Shown here piece by piece: positions 1 through 9,297 of a stretch of 55,234 bases of DNA. The stretch is from Eubacteriales bacterium. Its GTDB lineage: Bacteria; Bacillota; Clostridia; Oscillospirales; CAG-272. The translations under genes were made by a program, and so were the position numbers. Within the stretch, counting starts at the first letter, position 1. Each line of letters opens with the position of its first letter. The stretch spans positions 1 to 55,234 of the forward strand of contig JAZUSJ010000140.1 of assembly GCA_045606685.1 (NCBI GenBank), read 5' to 3'. Below the pieces are notes generated by a model, which worked only from the letters and a program-made list of their open reading frames with translations, had not been told where the DNA came from and searched no databases.

Positions 1-141
1 CTTTAACGACGAGGCGCGGAAATATGAGCAGGACGTGGCGTATCACTCCACCGTTTCCAGCGTATATCAGAGCCACCAGATCAAGAATCTTATCTGAAGG
101 GGCCGGTGATCCCACATGGCAGACAAAAACATCGGAAACGC
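1..141. repeat. Terminal overlap: bases 1-141 are identical to 55094-55234 (circular assembly closure)
   Basis: Direct comparison of window start (ctttaacgacgaggcgcgg...atcggaaacgc) with window end; exact 141/141 match. Confidence 0.97.
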
Positions 142-1429
142 CCTGCTGCTTTACGGGCGGCGCAACATTCCGGCAAACGACCCCACGCCGCAGTACGGGA
201 GCAAGCAATTTCCTTATTATGGGAATCCGAGCCGTATTTTTACGGAAGATTACGCACAGTACGCCGCAAACTATTTTGAGGCGCAGGTGCAGGGGCTTAA
301 CCCGGATGACCCGCTGGAATGGCAGACGCAGTACATCCGCATGGCTGACAGCGTTTCGTTGAACTCCAGGGCGGAGAAAATGAATGACGATTGGAAAAAA
401 GTGCTGATCGCAAACCGCAGCATCACATACATCCCGCCGGGAGCGAAGTTTGTGTGCATGGGAAACACATGGCTTGCCACAAACCCGCAGAACATGACGG
501 GGGAAACGGCGACGGCCATGGTGCGGCGGTGCAACGCGGTCTGGAACTTTTTGGACTATTACGGCAACGTGATTTCGGAGCCTATTGTCGTGGACAGCAT
601 GAGGGCGAGAGCAACGGCGCTTTACCCGGAAGACACGATGCTGGTGAACAAAGGCTATTTCAACGTCACTTGCCAATATAACGAATACACGCGCCAGCTT
701 GACACCAACAGCCGGATCGTGCTGGGGTCGCAGGCGTATTATGTGCGTGGCTATTCGGACTTTGTGCAAGAGTTTACGGGGGATTACAACAGTGTGCGGC
801 TTCTGCAATTTACCATCGAGGCGGACACCGTTAAAAACAACATGGACGATATGGAAAATCATGTTGCGGGCGGAAAAACCTTTAGCTGGGAAATCCTGAT
901 AAGCGGGCAGGCTGAAATGGCGGCGGGAAGCACGGCGCAATTCAGCGCGACGAACATCCGCAAGGGCGTGGAAGTAGAATCTACCGCAGAAAACCCCATC
1001 ACAATCACATGGACATCTTCGGACGAAAGTGTTGCGCAGGCGGACGGAAACGGCCTTATTTCGGCAATTTCCGGTGGGGAATGTGTAATCACCGCACACT
1101 TGACGCAAAACCCGAAATACAGCGCCTCCTTTGCCGTAAACGTGGCAAGTGCGGGGGAAAGCTACGTTGCCTTTTCCGGGAACACGCCAGGTCAACTCAG
1201 CAAATATGAGCAAGCCACCGTGACGGCTGTATATGTGGAGAACGGCGTTGAGACCGCGCTCCCCGTTACATGGAGCCTGAGCGGGGCTGATGCTGAAGCA
1301 TACAGTATGGAGATCAGCGGAAACAGCGTGACCGTGACCTGTTGGGGCGGAAGCGTTGTGCCGCTTACCGTGACGGCGATGCGCGGCGAATACAGCGCCA
1401 GTGCGGAAATCAGCCTGTTCGGGCTGTAA
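116..1429 (+). CDS. Virion-module protein with C-terminal Ig-like (Big_2-type) domains
   Basis: ATG 13 nt after GAAGGGG. Follows the capsid genes across the circular junction. C-terminal segments (ITITWTSSDESVAQADGNGLISAISGGECVITAHL; VTWSLSGADAEAYSMEISGNSVTVTC) look like bacterial Ig-like folds. Confidence 0.6.
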   Translation: MADKNIGNALLLYGRRNIPANDPTPQYGSKQFPYYGNPSRIFTEDYAQYAANYFEAQVQGLNPDDPLEWQTQYIRMADSVSLNSRAEKMNDDWKKVLIANRSITYIPPGAKFVCMGNTWLATNPQNMTGETATAMVRRCNAVWNFLDYYGNVISEPIVVDSMRARATALYPEDTMLVNKGYFNVTCQYNEYTRQLDTNSRIVLGSQAYYVRGYSDFVQEFTGDYNSVRLLQFTIEADTVKNNMDDMENHVAGGKTFSWEILISGQAEMAAGSTAQFSATNIRKGVEVESTAENPITITWTSSDESVAQADGNGLISAISGGECVITAHLTQNPKYSASFAVNVASAGESYVAFSGNTPGQLSKYEQATVTAVYVENGVETALPVTWSLSGADAEAYSMEISGNSVTVTCWGGSVVPLTVTAMRGEYSASAEISLFGL

Positions 1430-1443
1430 AAAGGAGGAAGCAG

Positions 1444-1782
1444 ATGAACGGCATAGAGATCAAGCGCGGAGATTCGTACCCCATCGAGCTTTCTTTGTAC
1501 GTTGACAATGAGCGCATTACGGACACGGGAACGCTTGAAAAGCTGGAAGTCACCATGGGAAAGACGAGTTACCTTTGGCGAAGCACAGGCGGCGGGAGAA
1601 TCACTTTCGACCCCAAAAACACCGTATTTGTGTTTACGCCGAGCCAGAGCGAAACGTTTGCGCTCCCGCTTCAGGGTGCAACGCTTGACTGGCGCGTAAA
1701 GTTTGCAGATGACACGGTGCGCGGTGAGCATGGTTTTATCCCGATCATGGTATATGATTCGCAATCGAAGGCGGTGTTGTAA
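1444..1782 (+). CDS. Hypothetical virion-module protein (112 aa)
   Basis: AAGGAGGAAGCAG-ATG; start chosen inside track ORF 1342..1782. Confidence 0.55.
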   Translation: MNGIEIKRGDSYPIELSLYVDNERITDTGTLEKLEVTMGKTSYLWRSTGGGRITFDPKNTVFVFTPSQSETFALPLQGATLDWRVKFADDTVRGEHGFIPIMVYDSQSKAVL

Positions 1783-2654
1783 TGAGCGTTATGCTTTATG
1801 CCAAAACAAAGCAAAACAGGGTCGAAGCGCACGTTTTGAACGGCGAACAGACCGAAGGCGCCGTTCTATACACCGCGCAGACGCTTACGGCTGAAGAACA
1901 GGCGCAGGCGCGGGAGAACATCAACGCGCCGGGCGTTTCTGACATTCCGCAAAAAACCTCTGAACTGGAAAATGATTCCGGTTTTATTACCGCCGAGGAC
2001 ATTTCCGCCGTCCCCGTCCAGAGCGTGAACGGGCAGACGGGCGCGGTGAAGATCACAAATCTTGTGCAGGATTTGGGCTACATCGACGGAGAGGCTTACG
2101 ACTGGGACGCAGGGACATTCCTTGACACACTTATCGTCCCCGGCGATTACAAGTTTGGATTTGACGAGTTTGTGTATCAAGTCCACGTTGAAACAATCGT
2201 TGTTGGCGACCAGACTTACGTTTTCCAGCACGCCTGGAATACAGAAGAACCTTGGACGTCTTATTATCGGAGCCTCATTATTGAGGGCGGCGAGATAATC
2301 AACACTATCATCACAGATTACCTTGACAGTCAATCGGCAAGCAACATGTTTGCGTCAAAAACGCACAATCATTTCAACGTGCAAAGCGGGCGACTTTCGG
2401 TCTGGGATTATTGCGCCACATCGCCATTTAATCGGGCTTTCCCGTCGATCATTTATTTTTCCGAGGCCGATAATTCCACATGGCTGATTGAGGCGATCAC
2501 CGGCATAAAAAGTCCCGTTCCGCGGTTGCAGCGCGTGACAAATCTCAGTGACCCATCAAAAATCTATCAGCGGATGTCCAGTTATTACAGCGGCACAGAT
2601 CATTGGAGCAGCTGGTATGTATTTTCCGGAGAAGTTTACACGCCGGGCAGATAA
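1782..2654 (+). CDS. Fibre-like structural protein
   Basis: TAATG start/stop overlap with the upstream gene. The N-terminus carries fibre-type motifs (LTAEEQAQARENINAPG, SELENDSGFIT, VQSVNGQTGAVKI). Confidence 0.55.
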   Translation: MSVMLYAKTKQNRVEAHVLNGEQTEGAVLYTAQTLTAEEQAQARENINAPGVSDIPQKTSELENDSGFITAEDISAVPVQSVNGQTGAVKITNLVQDLGYIDGEAYDWDAGTFLDTLIVPGDYKFGFDEFVYQVHVETIVVGDQTYVFQHAWNTEEPWTSYYRSLIIEGGEIINTIITDYLDSQSASNMFASKTHNHFNVQSGRLSVWDYCATSPFNRAFPSIIYFSEADNSTWLIEAITGIKSPVPRLQRVTNLSDPSKIYQRMSSYYSGTDHWSSWYVFSGEVYTPGR

Positions 2655-2672
2655 AGACGGGAGGGAAAAATC

Positions 2673-2891
2673 ATGTTTTTGGTTATCGAGATACAAAAAA
2701 GCGAAGACGGAACGCTGTCTACGCTTACGACCCAGCACGACACCCAGCGTGACGCCAAAAGCAAGTACCACGCCATTTTGAGTTTTGCGGCAAAGAGCGG
2801 GCTTAGACGGCACGGCGCGGTGATTATGAACGAGGATGGACGCACGATCATGTGCGAAAGCTATGTGTCAGGCGAAACCGCGGAGGAATAA
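2673..2891 (+). CDS. Hypothetical small protein (72 aa)
   Basis: GGGAGGGAAAAATC-ATG; tightly packed in the structural operon. Confidence 0.5.
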   Translation: MFLVIEIQKSEDGTLSTLTTQHDTQRDAKSKYHAILSFAAKSGLRRHGAVIMNEDGRTIMCESYVSGETAEE

Positions 2892-2939
2892 CACGACGCA
2901 GGAAGCGGGGGAAGCGCAAGGTACAACAACAAAATCGTT

Positions 2940-4985
2940 TTGGCAAACGGAACTGTTTTGCAGGATTTGACCAGAAACACCGTAACGCCTGAAACATTGC
3001 AAAGAAACGAAACGGCGACTGATAAATCCGGTGCGCCGATCGTCGGGAATGCGGAAATGGGTGGCGTTGACACGGAGCCCATTACCATAACTGAAAACGG
3101 CACTTACAGCGCCCCGGAAGGAAGTGCTTACGACCCCGTGACGGTGAATGTGCCGCAAACGACGGTTGCGCCGCTTTCCGTGACGGAGAACGGCGAATAC
3201 ACGCCTCCCGCCGGAACAGCTTACGGGCCTGTGACCGTGAGCGTCGGAAGCGTGACCACCGAAACGCTTACCGTTACGCAAAACGGCACCTATAACGCTC
3301 CTTCCGGGAAAGCCTATGATCCCGTGACGGTCAACGTGCCGCAGACAACGGTGGAAAGCCTGCAAATCACCGAAAACGGGACTTACACGGCTCCTGCGGG
3401 AAAGGCTTACAGCCCTATCACGGTCAATGTTCCCAGCAGCGGCGGCGAGACGCCTGAAGCAGAGATCAAGGACGTCAATTTTTACGATGATTGGGTGAAC
3501 AAGCGGGTGTATTCCTACACCGCAGACGAGTTTTTGGCGCTGAACGCCATGCCGGAGAATCCTTCGCACAGAGGCGCCGTGGCGCAAGGCTGGAACTGGT
3601 CGCTTGCGGACGCGCAGGCCTACGTCACGGCCTACGGCGGGCTGGAGATCGGACAAATGTACGACCTGGACGACGAGGACGGGGCGAAGGCGCGAATCTA
3701 TGTGACGGTGGAGGCTGGAGATTCGCTTGGTCTGCTGATTTCCGGAAGTACGACGGTTGATTGGGGCGACGGGAGCGCAAGAGAAAGTTTTAGTTATTCT
3801 GCATTCCACGATTACAGCACGGCGGGGAACTATTGCATCAAGATTCTTACCGCGTGCAACCTCAGTGGAGCATCTATTGCAAATCAAAATGTGAACTTTA
3901 CCGGCGGATGGTCCGCGACGCCTGGGTCTCCGGCAGGGAACAGTGTTACCCGTGTAGAGTTGGGCAGCGGAATGGGATTGAGCGGATCGACCGCAATGCA
4001 GGGACTTGGCATGATTGAAACACTGATCCTGCCATACGATTTATCAACAACATCCGCTGTCGGCCACTGTCAGAGGCTTCGCGGTCTGACGATTCCGAGC
4101 AGCATCACGTCTTGGGGAAGTGATGGGTACTCATACAACAGCAGCATGAGGTATTTTTCCTGCGGTAAAAACCTGGCAAGTTCCGCTTCTGTTTCCAGAT
4201 TCGATTATTGCGGTGCGTTGCGTCGTCTGACTTTGCCGGAGGGCGTGACCACTTTGCCAGGATGCAGACAAGCGTACAGTTTGAACACTGTGATCGGCAA
4301 GGCCACCACCGGGAACCCGCCCACATATGCGTTCGATCATACCGCGCTGGAAGATATGCCAGATATAAGTCTGCTTAGCACACTTCCTAACAGTTGTTTT
4401 AGTCAGTGCGGGGCGCTGCGGAAAATCAAAATAACCGGGGAGGACAAATCCGTAGGCACATATGCTTTCCAATATTGCAGGAGCGCAAGCGAAATCGAGT
4501 TGGACGCGCTTGTAACGCCTACCGGAGCAAGCATTTTCCGGTACTGCCTCAACGTTCAAAAGATCACGGCAACGGCAAACGGAGGATTTGTTACCACCAA
4601 CACATCGCACAATTACCAATTTGCGAATTGCACGGCGCTGACCGAAGTGGACTTTTCGCTGGCAACGTCGGTAAATCTCACGGGGCAATATGCGTTTTCG
4701 AGCGATACGGCCTTGCAAAAGATCACGTTCGGCGCGTCTACGACACGGATCGGAACGTACACGTTTTCCGGCTGCACGGCGCTTACCCTGATAGACTTTC
4801 GGCTTGCGACAAGCATCCCGGCACTTGCAAGCAACACCAACACAACGATCCCATACAACAACAGCGGCTTGCAGATCGTAGTCCCGGATGCGCTGTATGA
4901 CAGGTGGATCGTAGCGCAAAACTGGGGCAACAGCAATATCGAGCCACTGATCGTAAAGGCAAGCGACTATGAAGGAGGCCGATGA
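2940..4985 (+). CDS. Fibre/adhesin with four ~30-aa tandem repeats and a BspA-type leucine-rich-repeat C-terminal region
   Basis: Repeats of the form ENGTYxAPxGxAYxPVTVNVP occupy nt ~3081-3440. The C-terminal half has recurring xxAFxxCxxLxxIxL units (GTYAFQYCRSASEIEL, GQYAFSSDTALQKITF, GTYTFSGCTALTLIDF). The TTG start is uncertain. Confidence 0.7.
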   Translation: MANGTVLQDLTRNTVTPETLQRNETATDKSGAPIVGNAEMGGVDTEPITITENGTYSAPEGSAYDPVTVNVPQTTVAPLSVTENGEYTPPAGTAYGPVTVSVGSVTTETLTVTQNGTYNAPSGKAYDPVTVNVPQTTVESLQITENGTYTAPAGKAYSPITVNVPSSGGETPEAEIKDVNFYDDWVNKRVYSYTADEFLALNAMPENPSHRGAVAQGWNWSLADAQAYVTAYGGLEIGQMYDLDDEDGAKARIYVTVEAGDSLGLLISGSTTVDWGDGSARESFSYSAFHDYSTAGNYCIKILTACNLSGASIANQNVNFTGGWSATPGSPAGNSVTRVELGSGMGLSGSTAMQGLGMIETLILPYDLSTTSAVGHCQRLRGLTIPSSITSWGSDGYSYNSSMRYFSCGKNLASSASVSRFDYCGALRRLTLPEGVTTLPGCRQAYSLNTVIGKATTGNPPTYAFDHTALEDMPDISLLSTLPNSCFSQCGALRKIKITGEDKSVGTYAFQYCRSASEIELDALVTPTGASIFRYCLNVQKITATANGGFVTTNTSHNYQFANCTALTEVDFSLATSVNLTGQYAFSSDTALQKITFGASTTRIGTYTFSGCTALTLIDFRLATSIPALASNTNTTIPYNNSGLQIVVPDALYDRWIVAQNWGNSNIEPLIVKASDYEGGR

Positions 4986-5170
4986 TGGCGTACAACTGCC
5001 CTTTAGCTTATCGAAAGAAAGGTGATGTATCTCTGCATTGTCACGGCCTCCCGCAAGGGAACGATTGGTGCGGGTTTCAGCACTTTTGCGGCGTGACAAA
5101 AATGTGGGAGAACACGGACAAGGCGAGATCGTGCCTTATCTTAAAAAAATCCGAAGAAGAAAACAAATAA
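4982..5170 (+). CDS. Small Cys/His-rich protein (62 aa)
   Basis: ATGA start/stop overlap with the upstream gene; Cys/His-rich sequence (CPLAYRKKGDVSLHCHG...CGFQHFC). Confidence 0.4.
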   Translation: MMAYNCPLAYRKKGDVSLHCHGLPQGNDWCGFQHFCGVTKMWENTDKARSCLILKKSEEENK

Positions 5171-5185
5171 CGAAGGAGATTTTTT

Positions 5186-5743
5186 ATGAACATCCAGATC
5201 AAAAAGACTTACATTCCTCTGGCTGAAAAACTGGCGTTTGCGGAATACTGCGGAAGCAGATGCTTTGACCGCATGGAGATCCACGCAAGCGACGGAGGCG
5301 AAAACGTTCCCATGCCGCCCATGTATAAAGAAAACGCAGGGCTGAAGATGCGCTATCTCATGGGGGCGCTGGTAAAAATGTATCTGGGGCTGGATTATGA
5401 GCCTGTGGAGGGGGACGAATGGCTTCTGTCGCAGGACGATTATGACAGATTTGCCGCCATGCACCCCCTGAACGCGCTGGAGCGCATGAAATCCGACAAG
5501 GACAAGCGCGACAGAGTGTTTGACATGGTGGCGGATTACAAGGCGCTGGAAAAGATCGTGAACGCAGAGGTGTACGGTCTGCTTCAGGTGATGAACGAGC
5601 CGACAAATCGCATCATGGCGATGTTCAGCGCACAATCCACTCCGGAGGCCATGCAGCAGGCGGCTGATGCAATGGCGCAGGCAAAAGCCGAAATGGACGC
5701 ATTTTTGAAAGATCGAGCCGAAAAAGCGGACAGCAAGGAGTGA
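5186..5743 (+). CDS. Hypothetical virion-assembly module protein (185 aa)
   Basis: GAAGGAG 8 nt upstream of ATG; helical, acidic C-terminus. Confidence 0.55.
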   Translation: MNIQIKKTYIPLAEKLAFAEYCGSRCFDRMEIHASDGGENVPMPPMYKENAGLKMRYLMGALVKMYLGLDYEPVEGDEWLLSQDDYDRFAAMHPLNALERMKSDKDKRDRVFDMVADYKALEKIVNAEVYGLLQVMNEPTNRIMAMFSAQSTPEAMQQAADAMAQAKAEMDAFLKDRAEKADSKE

Positions 5744-5749
5744 TGGCCC

Positions 5750-6439
5750 GTGGCAAGCAACGTTTCCTTTGACAGCGCCTTTTACCCTTATGAAAAAGTG
5801 ATGACGGGATATAACTCTATGCGAGGGAGCGAACAAATCCCGCTGAAGCTGATTACTTATCTGCTGGATTTGCCGGACAAATACGGCTATATCCCGAAGG
5901 ATGACAACGACAGGGCAAGGGTGCGCTTTATCAAATACGTGTGGTATGACGGCGCAAATCCGCTGGGCGAGGCGCTTCCAACGGCGGAAGAAAAAATGAG
6001 CCTGCTGTTTGACGGGAACAGGCCGGACATCAACACGGACGAGCGAAAGGCAAAGCACCCGAAGGGATACCGCCTGTTTCCGCAAGTGTACTGGGGGCAG
6101 GTGGAGTTGGACGCGGCGACCACCGTAAAATGCTATTTGGGGCGCAATATACCGAACAGCCCGTTCAGCAACGAGATCGGCGTTTATTTTGAAATCCTTT
6201 GCAACGCAGACCAGGAAGGAAACACCAAAACAAACGCTTATTCCAGGAGCTATGACATTGAGCAGGCCATCGTTGAATCGCTCCACGGCGTAAATATCGC
6301 CGGAGTGGGCGTGTGCGACTTTTCCCGGTACGTCCACACGGACAACGGGTCGAAGCCGCTGTGGGACGACGGCTATCACGTGGGAAGAACGCTGCACATG
6401 AGCATCCATTGGATGGAAAGCTCTGACGTGCGGGAATGA
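5750..6439 (+). CDS. Hypothetical virion-module protein (229 aa)
   Basis: GTG start 11 nt after AAGGAG; position between the fibre genes and the major tail protein. Confidence 0.5.
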   Translation: MASNVSFDSAFYPYEKVMTGYNSMRGSEQIPLKLITYLLDLPDKYGYIPKDDNDRARVRFIKYVWYDGANPLGEALPTAEEKMSLLFDGNRPDINTDERKAKHPKGYRLFPQVYWGQVELDAATTVKCYLGRNIPNSPFSNEIGVYFEILCNADQEGNTKTNAYSRSYDIEQAIVESLHGVNIAGVGVCDFSRYVHTDNGSKPLWDDGYHVGRTLHMSIHWMESSDVRE

Positions 6440-6461
6440 AGTGAAACGGGGGAAGGAAAAC

Positions 6462-7292
6462 ATGGAATTGCCCCTTGACATAAAACGCAGCATCCGTCTG
6501 TTTCGTCCTGTGGAAACAGAGGGATTGACCCTTTACCCGATTCCGGTCTCAGATTACGAAGATTACCTGATCGGGAAGCCCGCCATCGGCATGATGCAGA
6601 GAAGCCTCCCTGTGGCGTATCTGAGTATGCCGCTGCTTCAGGCACTTTATCAGATCGACTTTGAGCATCGGGTGAACGGGGAAGCGCCGGAGGGATGGTT
6701 TTATCGCACGTTGCTGTTTCTCAGCCTTTCTTTGCGGCTGGAGGGCATGAAAAACGGCGGCAACGATTTACCTTTCCTGCTGTACGCAGACCCGGAAAAC
6801 CCGAAAAAACTGAAGGAAATCAGATTTTTTCAGAACGGCGAAGAAAAAAAGATCACGCCGATCATGTTTAGCCGCCTGCGGCCCATTTTGGCGGCGCAGA
6901 ACGCAATCGAACTTTATGGGGACGAAGTAAACCCGGAGCTGGTAGAGGCCGAGGCTGACGTAGCAGAGGCCAAAAGCACAAAGCTGGACTTTCGCATCGA
7001 GGACATGATTTCCGGCGTGTGTGCGCTGTGCGGCGCAGACGAAAGCGACGTGGAAGCGTGGCCCATTGCGAAGCTGATGCAGAGGCAAAAAAGCCTCCGG
7101 CGCGTTATGGATTACATGGTTTGCGCCGTTGCAGAGGGAAGCGGATGTTCGTGGAAGCACGGCAACCCGCAGCCGAATCCGTGGTTTGACCGCATAAGTG
7201 ACGAAAGCGCAGGCGTTATCAGCATGGGCGATTTTGCGGGCGGCAAGGGCTATCAAGCCATGCAGAACGCAGGGGCGAACACCCCTATTTGA
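6462..7292 (+). CDS. Hypothetical virion-module protein
   Basis: ATG after GGGGGAAGGAAAAC, chosen over the GTG at 6441 used by the track. Confidence 0.5.
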   Translation: MELPLDIKRSIRLFRPVETEGLTLYPIPVSDYEDYLIGKPAIGMMQRSLPVAYLSMPLLQALYQIDFEHRVNGEAPEGWFYRTLLFLSLSLRLEGMKNGGNDLPFLLYADPENPKKLKEIRFFQNGEEKKITPIMFSRLRPILAAQNAIELYGDEVNPELVEAEADVAEAKSTKLDFRIEDMISGVCALCGADESDVEAWPIAKLMQRQKSLRRVMDYMVCAVAEGSGCSWKHGNPQPNPWFDRISDESAGVISMGDFAGGKGYQAMQNAGANTPI

Positions 7293-7320
7293 CCCAAAAT
7301 AACAGAAGGAGAGTGAAACA

Positions 7321-8448
7321 ATGATCTTTTTCACCGACAAGAAGTATTACGTCAAAGGCACCTGTGAAGCGATTGCCGTGGACAAGGCTTCCAACGACGT
7401 GATCTACTATTCCAACAAGTTCACCACCGGCAACATCACCACCTCCGTCACCATGGGCGAAATCCGTGCCGGTCTCGGCAACGCCGTGGCAAGCATTATC
7501 CCCTCGGATGCGTCGCTGAACGTTGAGTTCACCGCCGCCGATTTCTCTCTGGCTGCCAAGGCCGCGCAGGTTGGCGCTTCCGTCACCTTCGGCGCTCCCG
7601 TGATGACCTGCCAGACCCTTACCGCTACCGACGCGGCGCTGACCATCGACGTTTCCGAGGGCGCTCCCGTTGCGGCGCTGGGCCAGAGCGAGGTTGTCGC
7701 TTATGTTCAGGAGGTCGGCACCGGCGCTCTGATCGCCACCACCGGCGTGGCCTATCCCATTTCTGCGGAGGGCGTTGTCAGCGACTTCACCGCCACTGTC
7801 GGCACCACCTATAAGGTGTGGTATTACAGCCAGATGCCTACTGCGCAGATGGCGACTGTTTCCAGCCTGTTCGATCCCAAAGTGGTGCATTTCACCGCGC
7901 AGATCGCCGTTTACTCCAACGAGGCTGGCGGCCCGCAGAACGAAGGCACCCGGGTGGGCTGGCTGTACGTCATCGTTCCCAACCTGAAGCTGGGCGGCAA
8001 CGGCGGCATCGTGGGCGACCAGACCACTGCGGACACCACCTCTATGAGCGGTCAGGCGATCGTGTACGACGCGGATACCGTGGGCGAGAACTGCCACGCC
8101 TGTTCCGGCGGCGGCTCTGCCCTGGCGTATTACGTTTTTGTGCTGGACAACGGTGCTGAGGCGATTCAGGGCCTTGCCGTTGTCGGCGGCGCTGTGAGCG
8201 TGGCGGCTTCTTCCACCGCGCAGATCCCCGTTATGTTCGTGATGCAGAACGGTCAGCTTGTGAAGCCCGCGGCTTACGGCACCGGCTGGACGTTTACCGC
8301 TACCGGCGCTCCCAACGGCACCACGGTTTCCAACGCGGGCGTTATCACCGCAGGCGCCACCGCGGGCGATTTTGAGGTTGCTGTCACCTATACGGACGGC
8401 ACCAACACCTTCAATCTGCCTGTGAACGTCAGCGTGGTTTCCGCCTGA
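7321..8448 (+). CDS. Major tail (tube) protein candidate with C-terminal Ig-like domain
   Basis: AGGAGAG SD. It sits immediately upstream of the tape-measure region and is followed by a double hairpin. The C-terminus (VSVAASSTAQIPVMF...VITAGATAGDFEVAVTYTDGTNTFNLPVNVSV) is Ig-like. Confidence 0.6.
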   Translation: MIFFTDKKYYVKGTCEAIAVDKASNDVIYYSNKFTTGNITTSVTMGEIRAGLGNAVASIIPSDASLNVEFTAADFSLAAKAAQVGASVTFGAPVMTCQTLTATDAALTIDVSEGAPVAALGQSEVVAYVQEVGTGALIATTGVAYPISAEGVVSDFTATVGTTYKVWYYSQMPTAQMATVSSLFDPKVVHFTAQIAVYSNEAGGPQNEGTRVGWLYVIVPNLKLGGNGGIVGDQTTADTTSMSGQAIVYDADTVGENCHACSGGGSALAYYVFVLDNGAEAIQGLAVVGGAVSVAASSTAQIPVMFVMQNGQLVKPAAYGTGWTFTATGAPNGTTVSNAGVITAGATAGDFEVAVTYTDGTNTFNLPVNVSVVSA

Positions 8449-8460
8449 TAATCGAAAACA

Positions 8461-8530
8461 CCCTCCCCCCAAAAAGGGGGAGGGTATGATAAAGCGGACA
8501 AGGGCGAACTGATTTTCTTTGTCCGCTTTC
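8461..8530 (+). terminator. Two consecutive stem-loops after the major tail protein gene
   Basis: CCCTCCCCC/GGGGGAGGG (8461-8484) and AAGCGGACAA/TTGTCCGCTT (8492-8528) followed by TTTCTC; the U-tract is weak. Confidence 0.55.
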
Positions 8531-8562
8531 TCATACAAAAGCACGGAAAGGGGCGTTTTTCT

Positions 8563-9006
8563 GTGGGGCTGAAGGAAGATTTGCTGAAGATCGAAGCAAA
8601 GCTCAACAAGGACATAGATGACGTTTTGCAGACGCGGGTTGCCGACGGCGCAAAAAAGGCAATTACGGCATCTGCACAAAAAAATGTGTACGATGCGTAT
8701 TCGCCCGTATTTTGGAGCAGGCGGATGTGGAACGGCGGTCTGCTTGATGAGCGGCAAATAAGCGTCCATGTGGCAAACGGAGAACTCACGCTGACAGATG
8801 ACGCGCCATGGCAACACTTGAAAGGCGGGTTTTATCCAAAAGAACGGTTGGCGGACATGATCGCAGAAGGAAACCCCAGGTTTTTCTTTGGAGATGCAGG
8901 CCCGCGACCGTTTCATGAGGCGGCTGAAAAGGCATTTGCGAAAAGTGGAGACTTTGAACGAACACTTGCTTCCGGGCTTGCCGTGAAGGGCTATAAAACG
9001 CGATAA
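8563..9006 (+). CDS. Tail-component protein, HK97 gp10-like
   Basis: GTG after GGAAAGGGG. The motif GPRPFHEAA resembles the A-x-PF-x-x-A signature of gp10-type tail components. It is in the same frame as the tape-measure ORF. Confidence 0.45.
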   Translation: MGLKEDLLKIEAKLNKDIDDVLQTRVADGAKKAITASAQKNVYDAYSPVFWSRRMWNGGLLDERQISVHVANGELTLTDDAPWQHLKGGFYPKERLADMIAEGNPRFFFGDAGPRPFHEAAEKAFAKSGDFERTLASGLAVKGYKTR

Positions 9007-9297
9007 GGGGGTCAGACAAGGGAAATCGTAGCACTTAAAGTACAGGTTGACCGAAAATCTTTTGATGAACTGGTAAAAGATGTAGGAAGCCTGAAGAGCA
9101 AAAAAATCAAAATCAGTGCAGACCCCAGCGACATTGACAAAGTTACAAAATCTACCAAAGCGGCAGAGCAGGCAACCGTTTCGTTCGGGCAAAAGGCAAG
9201 TAAGGTCTGGACGCAGATCGCGAACGGTATCGCGTGGAGCGCCATTTACGGCAGCATCAACAACATCACACGGTCGATCAACAACGCCCTGGACACC

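Noticed and set aside
3081-3440. Diversity-generating retroelement (template/variable repeat) involving the repeated fibre segments
   Set aside because: No reverse transcriptase gene is present in the genome. The repeats are in-frame tandem domain copies, not a template/variable pair with adenine-specific differences.
8870-8925. Programmed -1 frameshift (tail chaperone G/GT type) at the T-rich run G-TTT-TTC-TTT
   Set aside because: The heptamer is not a proper X-XXY-YYZ slippery site. The -1 frame also terminates after 13 codons (TGA), so no T-like extension is available.
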